DNA from: Alphaproteobacteria bacterium
GTDB lineage: Bacteria > Pseudomonadota > Alphaproteobacteria > CALKHQ01
Direction: 5' to 3'
Assembly (NCBI GenBank): GCA_965227515.1
Contig: CBDDFZ010000002.1
Coordinates: 1,120,001-1,184,000, forward strand
DNA: 64,000 bases
Position numbers and translations under genes: made by a program. Below the pieces are notes generated by a model. The model saw nothing but the letters and a program-made list of their open reading frames with translations, made no database searches and was not told where the DNA came from. This document shows, piece after piece, positions 51,831 through 61,076 of this stretch (its first letter is position 1; every line of letters begins with the position of its first letter).

Positions 51831-53996
51831 TTGACAGACAGAGTTGAAGCGGGCGGCCTGGCCGTCGAGCGTGTTCTCTACGACTTCATCAACGACGAGG
51901 CGCTGCCCGGCACCGGCGTGGCGCAGGACCGGTTCTGGGACGCGCTGGGCACCCTGATCCACGACCTCGCCCCGCGCAACCGCGAACTGCTGGCCCTGCG
52001 CGACGAATTGCAGGCGAAGATCGACGCCTGGCATCAGGAGCATCGCGGGCCCGGCTTCGACGCCGCCGCCTACAAGGCATTCCTGCAGGAAATCGGCTAT
52101 CTGGTGCCCGACCCCGGCGACGTGCAGGCGCGCACCGCCAATGTCGACCCCGAGTTCTCCACCATCGCCGGGCCGCAGCTCGTGGTGCCGGTGTCCAACG
52201 CCCGCTATGCGCTGAACGCCGCCAACGCGCGCTGGGGCAGCCTCTACGATGCGCTTTACGGCACCGACGCCATCGCCCACGACGATGACGAGAAGCCCGG
52301 CTATGACCCCGCCCGTGGCGCCAAGGTGATTGCCTACGCCCGTGGCGTGCTGAACGACGTGGTGCCGCTGGCCGCCGGCACTCACCGCGATGCCGAGCAC
52401 TACATGGTGCGCAACGGATCGCTGGTCGTCGGCCTGCGCAACGGTGCTGAATCGGCGCTGGTCGATTCCGGCGGTTTCGTTGGCTACACCGGGTCGGCCG
52501 ACGATCCCGACAGCATCCTGTTCCGCCACCACGACCTGCACATCGAGGTGGTGTTCGACCGCGAGCATCCGATCGGCAAGACCGACCCCGCCGGCATCGC
52601 CGACGTGGTGATGGAAGCCGCGATCACCACCATCATGGACTGCGAGGACAGCGTCGCGGCGGTCGATGCCGAGGACAAGGTCGGCGTCTACCGCAACTGG
52701 CTGGGCCTGATGAAGGGCGATCTGGTCGCCACCTTCCAGAAGGGCGGCCAGACCGTCGAGCGGCACCTGAACCCGGACCGCAGCTACAGCGCGCCGGCCG
52801 GCGGCACGCTGACCCTGCCCGGCCGCAGCATGATGCTGGTGCGTAATGTCGGCCACCTGATGACCAACCCGGCGGTGCTGGACAAGGACGGCAACGAGGC
52901 GCCCGAGGGCCTGCTCGACGCCATGATCACGTCGCTGATCGCCAAGCACGACCTGGCGAAAACAGATGGCATCAGGAACAGCCGCGCCGGCTCGGTCTAC
53001 ATCGTGAAGCCGAAGCAGCACGGGCCGGACGAGGTCGCCTTCACCAACGAGATCTTCGGCCGGGTGGAGGACGCGCTCGGCATCGAGCGCTTCGCCCTGA
53101 AGATGGGCATCATGGACGAGGAGCGGCGCACCACCATCAATCTCAAGTCCTGCATCGCCGCCGCCGCAGACCGGGTGGTGTTCATCAATACGGGCTTCCT
53201 GGACCGCACCGGCGACGAGATGCACACCTCGATGGAAGCCGGCGCCATGATCCGCAAGGGCGACATGAAGTCGGCCCCCTGGATCCAGGCATACGAGGAT
53301 CGCAATGTCGATGTCGGGCTCGCCTGCGGGCTGATGGGCAAGGCGCAGATCGGCAAGGGCATGTGGGCGATGCCGGACCTGATGGCCGACATGCTGGAGG
53401 CGAAGATCGGCCATCCGAAGTCGGGTGCCAACACCGCCTGGGTGCCGTCGCCGACCGCCGCCACCCTGCACGCGCTGCACTACCACAAGGTCGACGTGAT
53501 CGAGCGCCAGCTCGAGCTGCGCGACCGGCCGATGGCCTCGGTCGACACCATCCTGTCGATCCCGGTGGCCGAGCGGCCGAATTGGACGCCGGCCGACATC
53601 CAGCAGGAGCTGGACAACAACGCCCAGGGTATCCTCGGCTACGTGGTGCGCTGGGTCGACCAGGGCGTCGGCTGCTCCAAGGTGCCGGATATCAACGACG
53701 TCGGCTTGATGGAGGACCGCGCAACCCTGCGCATCTCCAGCCAGCACATCGCCAACTGGCTGCACCACGGCATCTGCTCGCCCGACCAGGTGATGGAGAC
53801 GATGAAGCGGATGGCGAAGGTGGTGGACGGCCAGAACGCCGGCGACCCGGCCTACAAGCCGATGGCCGACGACTATGACGGCTCGGTCGCGTTCCAGGCC
53901 GCCTGCGATCTGGTGTTCAAGGGCCGCGAGCAGCCCAACGGCTACACCGAGCCGATCCTGCACCGCCGCCGCCTGGAGGCGAAGGCACGGGGGTAG
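51831..53996 (+). CDS. glcB: Malate synthase G
   Basis: TTG start after GGAGG; [50 protein letters not shown]. Confidence 0.96.
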   Translation: MTDRVEAGGLAVERVLYDFINDEALPGTGVAQDRFWDALGTLIHDLAPRNRELLALRDELQAKIDAWHQEHRGPGFDAAAYKAFLQEIGYLVPDPGDVQARTANVDPEFSTIAGPQLVVPVSNARYALNAANARWGSLYDALYGTDAIAHDDDEKPGYDPARGAKVIAYARGVLNDVVPLAAGTHRDAEHYMVRNGSLVVGLRNGAESALVDSGGFVGYTGSADDPDSILFRHHDLHIEVVFDREHPIGKTDPAGIADVVMEAAITTIMDCEDSVAAVDAEDKVGVYRNWLGLMKGDLVATFQKGGQTVERHLNPDRSYSAPAGGTLTLPGRSMMLVRNVGHLMTNPAVLDKDGNEAPEGLLDAMITSLIAKHDLAKTDGIRNSRAGSVYIVKPKQHGPDEVAFTNEIFGRVEDALGIERFALKMGIMDEERRTTINLKSCIAAAADRVVFINTGFLDRTGDEMHTSMEAGAMIRKGDMKSAPWIQAYEDRNVDVGLACGLMGKAQIGKGMWAMPDLMADMLEAKIGHPKSGANTAWVPSPTAATLHALHYHKVDVIERQLELRDRPMASVDTILSIPVAERPNWTPADIQQELDNNAQGILGYVVRWVDQGVGCSKVPDINDVGLMEDRATLRISSQHIANWLHHGICSPDQVMETMKRMAKVVDGQNAGDPAYKPMADDYDGSVAFQAACDLVFKGREQPNGYTEPILHRRRLEAKARG

Positions 53997-54011
53997 GAGA
54001 TTTCTTGCTGC

Positions 54012-54176
54012 GTCGTCCTCGCCCTTGTGGCGAGGACCCATTCGTGTCCAATGCGCCAGCTGACAATGGGTGATTCGCGATGTCGGATGGATCTTGTTGG
54101 ACCCGCGCTCTTTGCCATGAGGGTATCGTTCGCGCATGCCAAGTGCATGGGCCCTCGCCACAAGGGCGAGGGCGAC
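54012..54176. repeat. REPIN/MITE-like element, family A, copy 3
   Basis: Left arm identical to that of copy 1; right arm at 54147-54176. Confidence 0.88.
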
Positions 54177-54196
54177 AAGTGAGGGTGGCATAGGCG

Positions 54197-54913
54197 ATGC
54201 CCGACGCTCCCACGCGCCCCGACGTTTACGCCGCCCTCGACACCAGTGACCTTGAGCACGCGCGCACGCTGGCGCGCGATCTCGCGCCGGTGGTCGACGG
54301 CTTCAAGGTCGGCATGCAGCTCTACTATGCGCACGGCGCCGACGCTGTCCGCATGGTGGCCGACCACGGCAGGCCGATCTTCCTCGACCTGAAGCTCCAC
54401 GACATCCCGAACACGGTGGCCGGCGCGGTGAAGAGCCTGTCGCCGCTCGGCGTGCGGTTCCTGACCATCCACACCGGCGGCGGACCGGCGATGCTGTCGG
54501 CGGCGGTGCAGGAGTCGCGCGCCAACCCGGGGCCGGACGGGCGGCCCATCGGCCTGCTTGGCGTGACCGTACTGACCAGCCTGGACGACGACGACCTGTT
54601 GCGCCTGGGCGTGGCCGAAAACAGCACCGAGCATGTGATCCGGCTGGCGGGGCTGGCCCGTGGCGCGGGATGTGTCGGCCTCGTCGCGGCACCGCAGGAA
54701 ATCCGGGTCGCGCGTGCGGCCGTGGGCGAGACCCTGGTGATCGCCACTCCGGGCATCCGGCCGGCGGAAAGCGGCGAGGACGACCAGCGCCGCGTGATGA
54801 CGCCCAAGCAGGCGGCCGACTACGGCTCCGATCTGCTCGTCATCGGCCGCCCGATCACGGCGGCGCCCGATCCGGTCATCGCAGCGCGGTTGATAATTGC
54901 CGATCTGGTGTAG
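54197..54913 (+). CDS. pyrF: Orotidine-5'-phosphate decarboxylase
   Basis: FLDLKLHDIPNTV, TPGIRP, DDQRR, VIGRPIT. Confidence 0.95.
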   Translation: MPDAPTRPDVYAALDTSDLEHARTLARDLAPVVDGFKVGMQLYYAHGADAVRMVADHGRPIFLDLKLHDIPNTVAGAVKSLSPLGVRFLTIHTGGGPAMLSAAVQESRANPGPDGRPIGLLGVTVLTSLDDDDLLRLGVAENSTEHVIRLAGLARGAGCVGLVAAPQEIRVARAAVGETLVIATPGIRPAESGEDDQRRVMTPKQAADYGSDLLVIGRPITAAPDPVIAARLIIADLV

Positions 54914-55913
54914 CGCCGGCGGGCGCCGCGAGCGCCTGCCCGAGGTCTTCGAACAGGCGCGGCCCGCCATAGACCCAACCGGTCATCAATTGCACCAGTG
55001 ACGCCCCGACGGCGAGGCGCGCGGTAACGTCGTCGGCCGTCATCACGCCGCCGCTCGCGATCAGCGTCAGCCGGCCGCCGCTCAGCGCGCGGACGCGGCG
55101 GAGCTGGGCCAGCGCACGGTCGGTCAGCGGTGCCCCGCTGAGGCCGCCGGGCATGTCGAGGTCGCGCCGGCCGGGCGGCCGCTGGATGGTCGTGTTGCAG
55201 ACGATCAGGCCGTCGAGGCCGGCGCCGACGGCGCGGTCGACCAATGTGGCCTCGTCGTCCTCGCCGAGATCGGGCGCGATCTTCAGGAACAGCGGCACGG
55301 CGGTGGGCAGTTGCGCGCGTGCGCCGGCGCCGGTATCGAGCGCGCGCGCCAGCCGGTCGCCCGCCTGCCAGTCGCGCAGGCCGGCCGTGTTCGGCGACGA
55401 GACGTTGAGCGCCAGATAGTCGGCGTATGGGCCGAGGGTCGAGATGCCGGCGGCGAGATCGGCTGCCACGTCCTCGCAGTCGCGGTTGGCGCCGACGCTG
55501 ACGCCGATGCGCAGATGGCTGTCGGGATTGGCCGCGCGCCAGCGCGCCAGCCGCGCTGCTACCGCCTCGGCGCCATCATTGGGCATGCCCATGCGGTTGA
55601 CGATCGCGCGGTCGCGGGGCAGCCGGACCAGGGTGCGCCCCGGATTGGCCGTTTGCGGGCGCGGGGTGACGGTGCCGACCTCGACATGGCCGACCCCGAT
55701 GCGCGCCAGTCCGGCGAGCGCCACGGCGTTCTTGTCGAAGCCGGCGGCGATGCCAATGGGGTTTCGGAAGCCGAGCCCGGCGACGGTCACCGGCCCCGGC
55801 AATGGCTCCCGGCGGGGCACCGGCCAGCCCAATGCCATCGCCTTGAGCGCGAGCCGATGCGCGAGGTGCGGCGGCAGCTTGAGCAACGCGCGATGGGCGA
55901 GGGCGGTGAGCAT
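54876..55913 (-). CDS. pyrD: Quinone-dependent dihydroorotate dehydrogenase
   Basis: AAGFDKN, GTVTP, NRMGMPN, NVSSPNT, KIAPD, GGLSG. Start is 55913 or 55919. Confidence 0.93.
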   Translation of the reverse strand: MLTALAHRALLKLPPHLAHRLALKAMALGWPVPRREPLPGPVTVAGLGFRNPIGIAAGFDKNAVALAGLARIGVGHVEVGTVTPRPQTANPGRTLVRLPRDRAIVNRMGMPNDGAEAVAARLARWRAANPDSHLRIGVSVGANRDCEDVAADLAAGISTLGPYADYLALNVSSPNTAGLRDWQAGDRLARALDTGAGARAQLPTAVPLFLKIAPDLGEDDEATLVDRAVGAGLDGLIVCNTTIQRPPGRRDLDMPGGLSGAPLTDRALAQLRRVRALSGGRLTLIASGGVMTADDVTARLAVGASLVQLMTGWVYGGPRLFEDLGQALAAPAGATPDRQLSTALR

Positions 55914-55927
55914 ACACATTCACCTAC

Positions 55928-56100
55928 GTCGTCCTCGGCCTTGTGCCGAGGACCCATGGTCGGGTCAGGGCAGGTTCATGGCCAAGAATGCTCAGCCCAC
56001 TTGCGGACTATAAGAATTGTCTGCCACTTCAGCACCACCCAACCGGGGGCTCTTGACGCATTGGACAAGAATGGGCCCTCGGCACAAGGCCGAGGGCGAC
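55928..56100. repeat. REPIN/MITE-like element, family A, copy 4
   Basis: Arms GTCGTCCTCGGCCTTGTGCCGAGGACCCAT and ATGGGCCCTCGGCACAAGGCCGAGGGCGAC. Confidence 0.88.
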
Positions 56101-56115
56101 AAATCGAGAGTGAAA

Positions 56116-56979
56116 CTACTCCGCGGCGATCGGCACCGGCTGGGCCTCGTTCATCAGGCCGGAGAGCTTCATCGCGCGGATCATGCGGGTCAGCCCGATG
56201 CCGCCGCCGAAGCGCGGGAAGAAGTCGAACGACAGGAAGTCGTCCAGCTCACGCTGCACCCGCTCGCGCCCGAACTGGGCGAACAGGATGTCGGCATACA
56301 TGCCGTCCGAGATCGAGTGGAACAGGTTGCGCATCTCGTCCTTGTCGGTGGCGCGCTCGGCCGAACCGATGGTCTCGATGCCGTGCAGGATGACGTCGAT
56401 CTTGTTGGCCACGTCACCCACCTTGCGCATGTTCCAGAACGGGCTGGTGCGCATCGGGAAGTGCTCCAGGAAGTAGACCGGGCCGAACTCCTCGTTGATC
56501 CGGGTTTCGATGTCGCCGGTGATGTCGTCGACGCCGAAGTGGTCGGCGGTGTCGAGCCAGGTCTTGTGCGCGTAGCTGGCCTTCGGGCCGAAGCCGAGGA
56601 AGACGAGCAGGTCCTCTTCCAGCGCGCGCAGCTCGTCCATGCCGCCCTTGGTCTCGAACTCGAACATCGGGAAGATCAGGTCATGACGGCCCGCCACCGG
56701 GTTCGGCTCGTTGCGGAAGCTGGTCGACACGCAGAAATAGCCGGGCGTCTCCGGGTTGGAGAGCAACTCGTGCTCCAGCCACATCTGGCCGGTCTGCGGC
56801 AGCGGCCAGAGACGGCCGCCATAGTTGTAGGTCGCGATGGTGCGCGGGTCCTCGCACGCCGCCAGGATCGACAGCCGGCTTTGGGTGTGCACCTCGACGA
56901 AGCCGCGGTTGACGAAGAAGTCGCGCAGGCGCGAGACGGCGATGTTGTAGGCGTGCGGGTCGATCATGTTCGAAGCCAT
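56116..56979 (-). CDS. Class II (Asp/Asn-type) aminoacyl-tRNA synthetase catalytic-domain paralogue lacking the anticodon domain
   Basis: LRDFF..RGFVEV (motif 1), SFRNE...RH...FPMFEFE (motif 2), FGGGIGLTRM (motif 3); 287 aa; AAGGAG RBS. Confidence 0.85.
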   Translation of the reverse strand: MASNMIDPHAYNIAVSRLRDFFVNRGFVEVHTQSRLSILAACEDPRTIATYNYGGRLWPLPQTGQMWLEHELLSNPETPGYFCVSTSFRNEPNPVAGRHDLIFPMFEFETKGGMDELRALEEDLLVFLGFGPKASYAHKTWLDTADHFGVDDITGDIETRINEEFGPVYFLEHFPMRTSPFWNMRKVGDVANKIDVILHGIETIGSAERATDKDEMRNLFHSISDGMYADILFAQFGRERVQRELDDFLSFDFFPRFGGGIGLTRMIRAMKLSGLMNEAQPVPIAAE

Positions 56980-57007
56980 GGGCTTTTCTCCTTCGGGGGC
57001 TCTGGTC

Positions 57008-57032
57008 AAAAAAAAGGCCGCCAATGGCGACC
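57008..57032 (-). terminator. Terminator-like hairpin in the leader of the aaRS paralogue
   Basis: GGTCGCC-ATT-GGCGGCC followed by T8, ending 28 nt before the start codon. Confidence 0.65.
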
Positions 57033-57141
57033 GCTACGGGTGTTGATAGGGAACGGGGGGAGTCCCGAGGGGAATCCCCTTCAGGGGATTGCCGCGGGGC
57101 GGAATCTTGTGGTGAGAACGGGTGTCGGAGGCTGCCAACGC

Positions 57142-57168
57142 AAAAAAATACCGCCGGTGTTGGCGGTG
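57142..57168 (-). terminator. Second terminator-like hairpin in the same intergenic region
   Basis: ACCGCC-AACACC-GGCGGT, then A and T7. Confidence 0.55.
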
Positions 57169-57185
57169 CGCGCGGCGGTCTTCCG

Positions 57186-57232
57186 ATACATGATTTTGTG
57201 CGGCCACTAGGCTGCTCCACAAGATGTGGTTC
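57186..57232. promoter_or_regulatory. Putative tandem NrdR boxes
   Basis: ATACATGATTTTGTGC (57186-57201) and CCACAAGATGTGGTTC (57217-57232), 31-bp period, resembling aCAC(A/T)ANAT.T.GTG. Confidence 0.5.
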
Positions 57233-57373
57233 CCGGTCGTCGTTGGCGAGCACGTATGCCAGTGCCAACTGAGTCGCGCAACCCCCAAATGTCAGAAATG
57301 TTTCGCGGGCGGTGCGACGTGACGCCTCGTGCCCGCCAGGCCAATTTCCACATTCTTTCGAATGCTTGAGAAC

Positions 57374-57400
57374 GTAGTGCATTGTAGTATGTTGTATACA
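57374..57400. promoter_or_regulatory. Putative toxin-antitoxin autoregulatory operator
   Basis: GTAGT/GTAGT/GTATA at 10-bp period ending in the palindrome TGTATACA, just upstream of the antitoxin. Confidence 0.5.
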
Positions 57401-57428
57401 TCTGGATTGAGAAACCACTGGCACCGAG

Positions 57429-57695
57429 ATGGCTGACACGACCGTACTTTCGGTTCGGATGAGCAAAGACATGCGAGAGCGCCTCGCACGTCTGGCGGAT
57501 CTTTCCGACCGCACGCAGTCATATCTCGCCGCGCAAGCGATTGAGGAATATCTCGCGGTGCAGGAGTGGCAGCTCGAGGGGATCAAGGACGCTATTGCGG
57601 CGGCCGATCGCGGCGAACTCATCCCGGATGAGAAGATAGACGCCTGGATTGAATCGCTCGATACCGACAACGAGCTTCCAGTCCCGACTGCATGA
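57429..57695 (+). CDS. CopG/RHH antitoxin
   Basis: LSVRM...RLARLA...RTQSYLAAQAIEEY, acidic C-terminus; ATGA overlap with the toxin. Confidence 0.88.
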   Translation: MADTTVLSVRMSKDMRERLARLADLSDRTQSYLAAQAIEEYLAVQEWQLEGIKDAIAAADRGELIPDEKIDAWIESLDTDNELPVPTA

Positions 57696-57979
57696 AGCTC
57701 GTATGGACGCCGGCTGCCGCCGCTGATCTTGCGGAAATTCGCCGCTACGTCGCACGGAATGACCCAAGAGCGGCGAAGCAAGTCGTCGCGCAAGTTCGAA
57801 AGGTCATACTGGGTGTCTTGCCACGCCTGCCAGATGCCGGGCGGCCCGGCCGGATCAGCGGCACGCGGGAACTCGTAGTCCCAAGAACACCCTACGTCGT
57901 ACCCTATCGGGTCGTCGGCGAGACTGTTGAGGTGCTGCGCGTCTATCACGGAGCGCGGCGTTGGCCGGACACGTTCTGA
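57692..57979 (+). CDS. RelE/ParE family toxin
   Basis: MKLVWTPAAAADL..I..Y, GRPGR..GTRELV, YRV...VEVLRVYHGAR. Confidence 0.9.
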   Translation: MKLVWTPAAAADLAEIRRYVARNDPRAAKQVVAQVRKVILGVLPRLPDAGRPGRISGTRELVVPRTPYVVPYRVVGETVEVLRVYHGARRWPDTF

Positions 57980-58061
57980 CAGGCGATCAAGAGGCGCCGC
58001 AGTATTGTCGTCGAAGTTTGGTTGATCCGCCGGGCGCAAACGCAGCGTCAGCGCCCGACGA

Positions 58062-58514
58062 TCAGGGCACGGGGTCGGCCACGCGCGCGACCACTAGGTG
58101 GGGCACGCCGTCGCTGGTCTTCGCGTACGAGACCCCGCCGGGCGAGACGGTGCCGTTCACCCGCCGGCGGAAGGCGGAGAAGCTCTCGAACGTCACCACG
58201 TCCACCGGCTGGTCGAGCTCGATGGAGATGCGGTAGGCGCTGCCCTCGGCGACGCTGTGGACGCCAAGCACCACGCCGGTGAAGTCCTGCTTCAAATAGC
58301 TGCCGGCGATGCGGTCGCCCACTTGCAGCGGCACTTCCGGCGCGTTGGACAGCCGGGCGTGCAGCGCGTTCCAGCTCTTGCAGCCTTGCTCGGCGGCGAC
58401 CCGCTCGAGGGCTGCCGAATGGCTGATCTCGCGACCCTGGGCGGCTAATGCAGCCCGTATGGTCTTGGCGCGGGCCTTGGCCTGGTCGCGCGTGTGGATA
58501 TGGGGTGTCGTCAT
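58062..58514 (-). CDS. Glyoxalase-superfamily-associated hypothetical protein
   Basis: AKARAK.IRAAL...ISHSAALERVA..QG.KSWN N-terminal domain; DVVTFESFSAFRRR C-terminus. Confidence 0.75.
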   Translation of the reverse strand: MTTPHIHTRDQAKARAKTIRAALAAQGREISHSAALERVAAEQGCKSWNALHARLSNAPEVPLQVGDRIAGSYLKQDFTGVVLGVHSVAEGSAYRISIELDQPVDVVTFESFSAFRRRVNGTVSPGGVSYAKTSDGVPHLVVARVADPVP

Positions 58515-58681
58515 GGCGATGATCCCGTGTCGTATCGGCGGTCGTGTTGAACGGGGCTCGCCTTGCCGTCGGACCGCTGATCTCGGGTCGTCCATAACGT
58601 GGCACGCGGCCGCTTCGGGCCGGGAGATCTTCACCATGGGCATCAGCCCAGCGAGCGGCAGGCGTCTCTCACCTGCGCGCT

Positions 58682-58710
58682 CAGATAGGGGTTGCGGATG
58701 CGCCTGTCAA
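58682..58710 (-). promoter_or_regulatory. Sigma70 promoter producing a ~160-nt leader
   Basis: TTGACA-N17-TATCTG on the minus strand. Confidence 0.65.
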
Positions 58711-58738
58711 TCGACTCGGGGATGGTCCCGGCTGGCGC

Positions 58739-59233
58739 TCAGGCCCCGAAACCGTCCGCCGCATCTGGGTTTATCGGCACGCCGGGCAGGTCCTTCGAGG
58801 TGCGAATCGCCGGGAACGTGGTCACCCGCACCACATTGGGCGCCGCGGTCAGCTTGGTGGTCAGCGCGTTTTCGTGCGCCGTGTTGCGCGCCACCAGCTT
58901 CAGCAGGAAATCGCCGCCGCCGCGCACCATGTGGCAGGCCCGCACCTCCGGCCATGCGCCGACCATCGCCTCGAATCCGCTGAGGACGGCATCGGACTGG
59001 CTGTCCAGCCCGACCAGGGCGAAGAACACCACCTCCCAGCCCATCTGGGCGATGTCGACCTCAGCGTGGTAGCCACGCAGATAGCCGGCCTCCTCCAGCG
59101 CGCGCACCCGGCGCAGGCAGGGCGGGGCGGAGATGCCGGCGCGCTGCGAGAGTTCGACGTTGGTCATGCGCCCGTTGTCCTGCAGGTCGCGCAAGATCTT
59201 CAGGTCGATGGCATCCAGCTTGATATTGGCCAT
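58739..59233 (-). CDS. Lrp/AsnC family regulator
   Basis: LDAIDLKILRDLQDNGRMTNVEL...CLRRVRALEEAG. Confidence 0.92.
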   Translation of the reverse strand: MANIKLDAIDLKILRDLQDNGRMTNVELSQRAGISAPPCLRRVRALEEAGYLRGYHAEVDIAQMGWEVVFFALVGLDSQSDAVLSGFEAMVGAWPEVRACHMVRGGGDFLLKLVARNTAHENALTTKLTAAPNVVRVTTFPAIRTSKDLPGVPINPDAADGFGA

Positions 59234-59337
59234 GCCGGGTTCCGGGTTTGCGGCAAAGCGCCGGTTGGAAGCGCGCGGATGATAGTGCAGTTTGTAATAA
59301 TCTTTCAAGGATGACCGCATTGGAGGAACATCCGCAT

Positions 59338-60336
59338 ATGACATCCCATGGCGGGGCGGCAGGCAGCGCGCCTGAGAGTGCCGGACCCAACGATGCTTTG
59401 CCCAACGATGCCTGGATCGTCACCGACGGGCGAATCGGCATGACCAACCAGTGCGTGGGGCTGGCCGAGGCGCTGGACCTGTCGCCGACGGTGCTGACGG
59501 TGCGCGCTGCACCGCCACGGCGCTGGCTGCCGCCGCAGCTCTGGTGGCGGCCGCTGACCGCGCTGGAGGCGCCCGGCGCCGCGCCGCCATGGCCGGACCT
59601 GGTCATCGCCACCGGGCGCCAGAGCGTCGCGCCGGCACTGGCGATTCGACAAAAAGCCGCCGGCCGCACCCGGCTGGTGCAGATCCAGAACCCCACGGTC
59701 GACCCGGCACGCTTCGACCTGATCGTGACGCCGCAGCACGACCGGCTGGAGGCGCCGAACGTGCTGTCCACCGTGGGCTCGCTGCATCGGATCAACATGG
59801 CGCTGGTCGAAGCGGAGGCGGCGCGCCTGGCCGCGCGCTACCGGCACCTGCCGCGCCCACTGGTCGCGGTGCTGATCGGCGGCACAAACCGGGCATTTCG
59901 GCTCGACGCGACGGCGGGCCGCCAACTGGGTGCGGCGCTTGCCGAACTGGCAGCGGCCCAGGGCGTGGGACTGGCCGTCACCACATCGCGCCGCACCGAT
60001 CCTGAGGCGCTGGCGGCCTTGCGCGCCGCGCTGGCCGATGTGCCGGCCGATCTCTACGCCGGCGATGGCGACAACCCCTATTTCGCGATGCTGGGGCTGG
60101 CCGACGCGGTGGTCGCGACCTGCGACTCGGTGAACATGGTGTCGGAGGCATTGGCGACCGCCAAACCGGTGCACATCTACGAGTTGCCGGGAGGGTCGGC
60201 GAAATTTCGCCGTTTTCTGGATGGCCTTTATGGCGCCGGACTGGCGCGCAAGTTCGCGGGGCGGCTGGAGCGCTGGACGTATACGCCGCCCGACGACATG
60301 GCGCGCGCGGTCGCCGCAGTGCGCGCGCTGTTCTGA
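59338..60336 (+). CDS. ELM1/DUF1022 family protein
   Basis: TDGRIGMTNQCVGLA, PDLVIATGR, PQHD, LIGG, TSRRT, NPY, DSVNMVSEA. Confidence 0.85.
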   Translation: MTSHGGAAGSAPESAGPNDALPNDAWIVTDGRIGMTNQCVGLAEALDLSPTVLTVRAAPPRRWLPPQLWWRPLTALEAPGAAPPWPDLVIATGRQSVAPALAIRQKAAGRTRLVQIQNPTVDPARFDLIVTPQHDRLEAPNVLSTVGSLHRINMALVEAEAARLAARYRHLPRPLVAVLIGGTNRAFRLDATAGRQLGAALAELAAAQGVGLAVTTSRRTDPEALAALRAALADVPADLYAGDGDNPYFAMLGLADAVVATCDSVNMVSEALATAKPVHIYELPGGSAKFRRFLDGLYGAGLARKFAGRLERWTYTPPDDMARAVAAVRALF

Positions 60337-60396
60337 AACGCTAATTTGGGGGCGCCACGATTGCGCAGCCCTGGCACTCCTTCTATACGAGCCGAC

Positions 60397-61044
60397 ATGA
60401 CGCAAACGCGCCCAACAAAGCCAGCTGAAACGATCGATCTCGCAGCCCTGCGGGCAGCGACACTCCAGTCCGAGCCCTACGAGCACATGATCGTACCGGG
60501 CTTCGTGCCCAGGGGAGCCTTGCCGGCGATCAACGCCGACTTCCCCGATGTGCGCCAGCCGGGCAGCCTGCCGACGACTATTCTGAGCTACGGCGCAGGC
60601 TTCGGCGCATTGATAGACGCACTGCAGGGGCCCGAGATGCAGGCGGCGATGGCCGAGAAGTTCGGCGTCGACCTGACCGGGCGGCCGACCATGGTGACCG
60701 TGCGCGGCCACTGCCGGGCGCGCGACGGCGGCATCCACACCGATTCGCGCGACAAGATCATTACCGTGCTGGTCTATCTGAACGACGGCTGGGACACGCC
60801 GGACGGGCGGCTGCGCATCCTGCGCTCCGGCACCGATCTGGAGGACTATGCCGCCGAGGTGCCGCCGGAAGCCGGCACGCTGCTGGCGTTCCGCCGCTCG
60901 GACCGGTCCTGGCACGGCCACACCTCGTTCGAGGGGCCGCGCCGCGCGGTCCAGCTCAATTGGGTCACCAGCAACTACTACGTCTGGAAGGAGCGCGCGC
61001 GCCACACCGTGTCGGCGCTCTTCAAGTCGCGGCACGCGGCCTAG
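60397..61044 (+). CDS. 2OG-Fe(II) oxygenase
   Basis: HTD...LVYLN...SWHG...RR facial triad and 2OG-binding Arg. Confidence 0.85.
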   Translation: MTQTRPTKPAETIDLAALRAATLQSEPYEHMIVPGFVPRGALPAINADFPDVRQPGSLPTTILSYGAGFGALIDALQGPEMQAAMAEKFGVDLTGRPTMVTVRGHCRARDGGIHTDSRDKIITVLVYLNDGWDTPDGRLRILRSGTDLEDYAAEVPPEAGTLLAFRRSDRSWHGHTSFEGPRRAVQLNWVTSNYYVWKERARHTVSALFKSRHAA

Positions 61045-61076
61045 GCCATTCGCGGATATCTGGTGGGGGGCGCCGC

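Noticed and set aside
41512-56100. 30-bp repeats with variable spacers as a CRISPR array
   Set aside because: The repeats are inverted pairs scattered over 15 kb, not tandem direct repeats, and no cas genes are present.
57081-57191. 36-codon minus-strand ORF as an attenuator leader peptide for the aaRS paralogue
   Set aside because: No RBS and no run of Asn/Asp or other control codons.
57429-57979. RelE/ParE toxin-antitoxin pair as part of a defence island or prophage
   Set aside because: Ordinary solitary type II pair with no neighbouring defence, phage or integrase genes.
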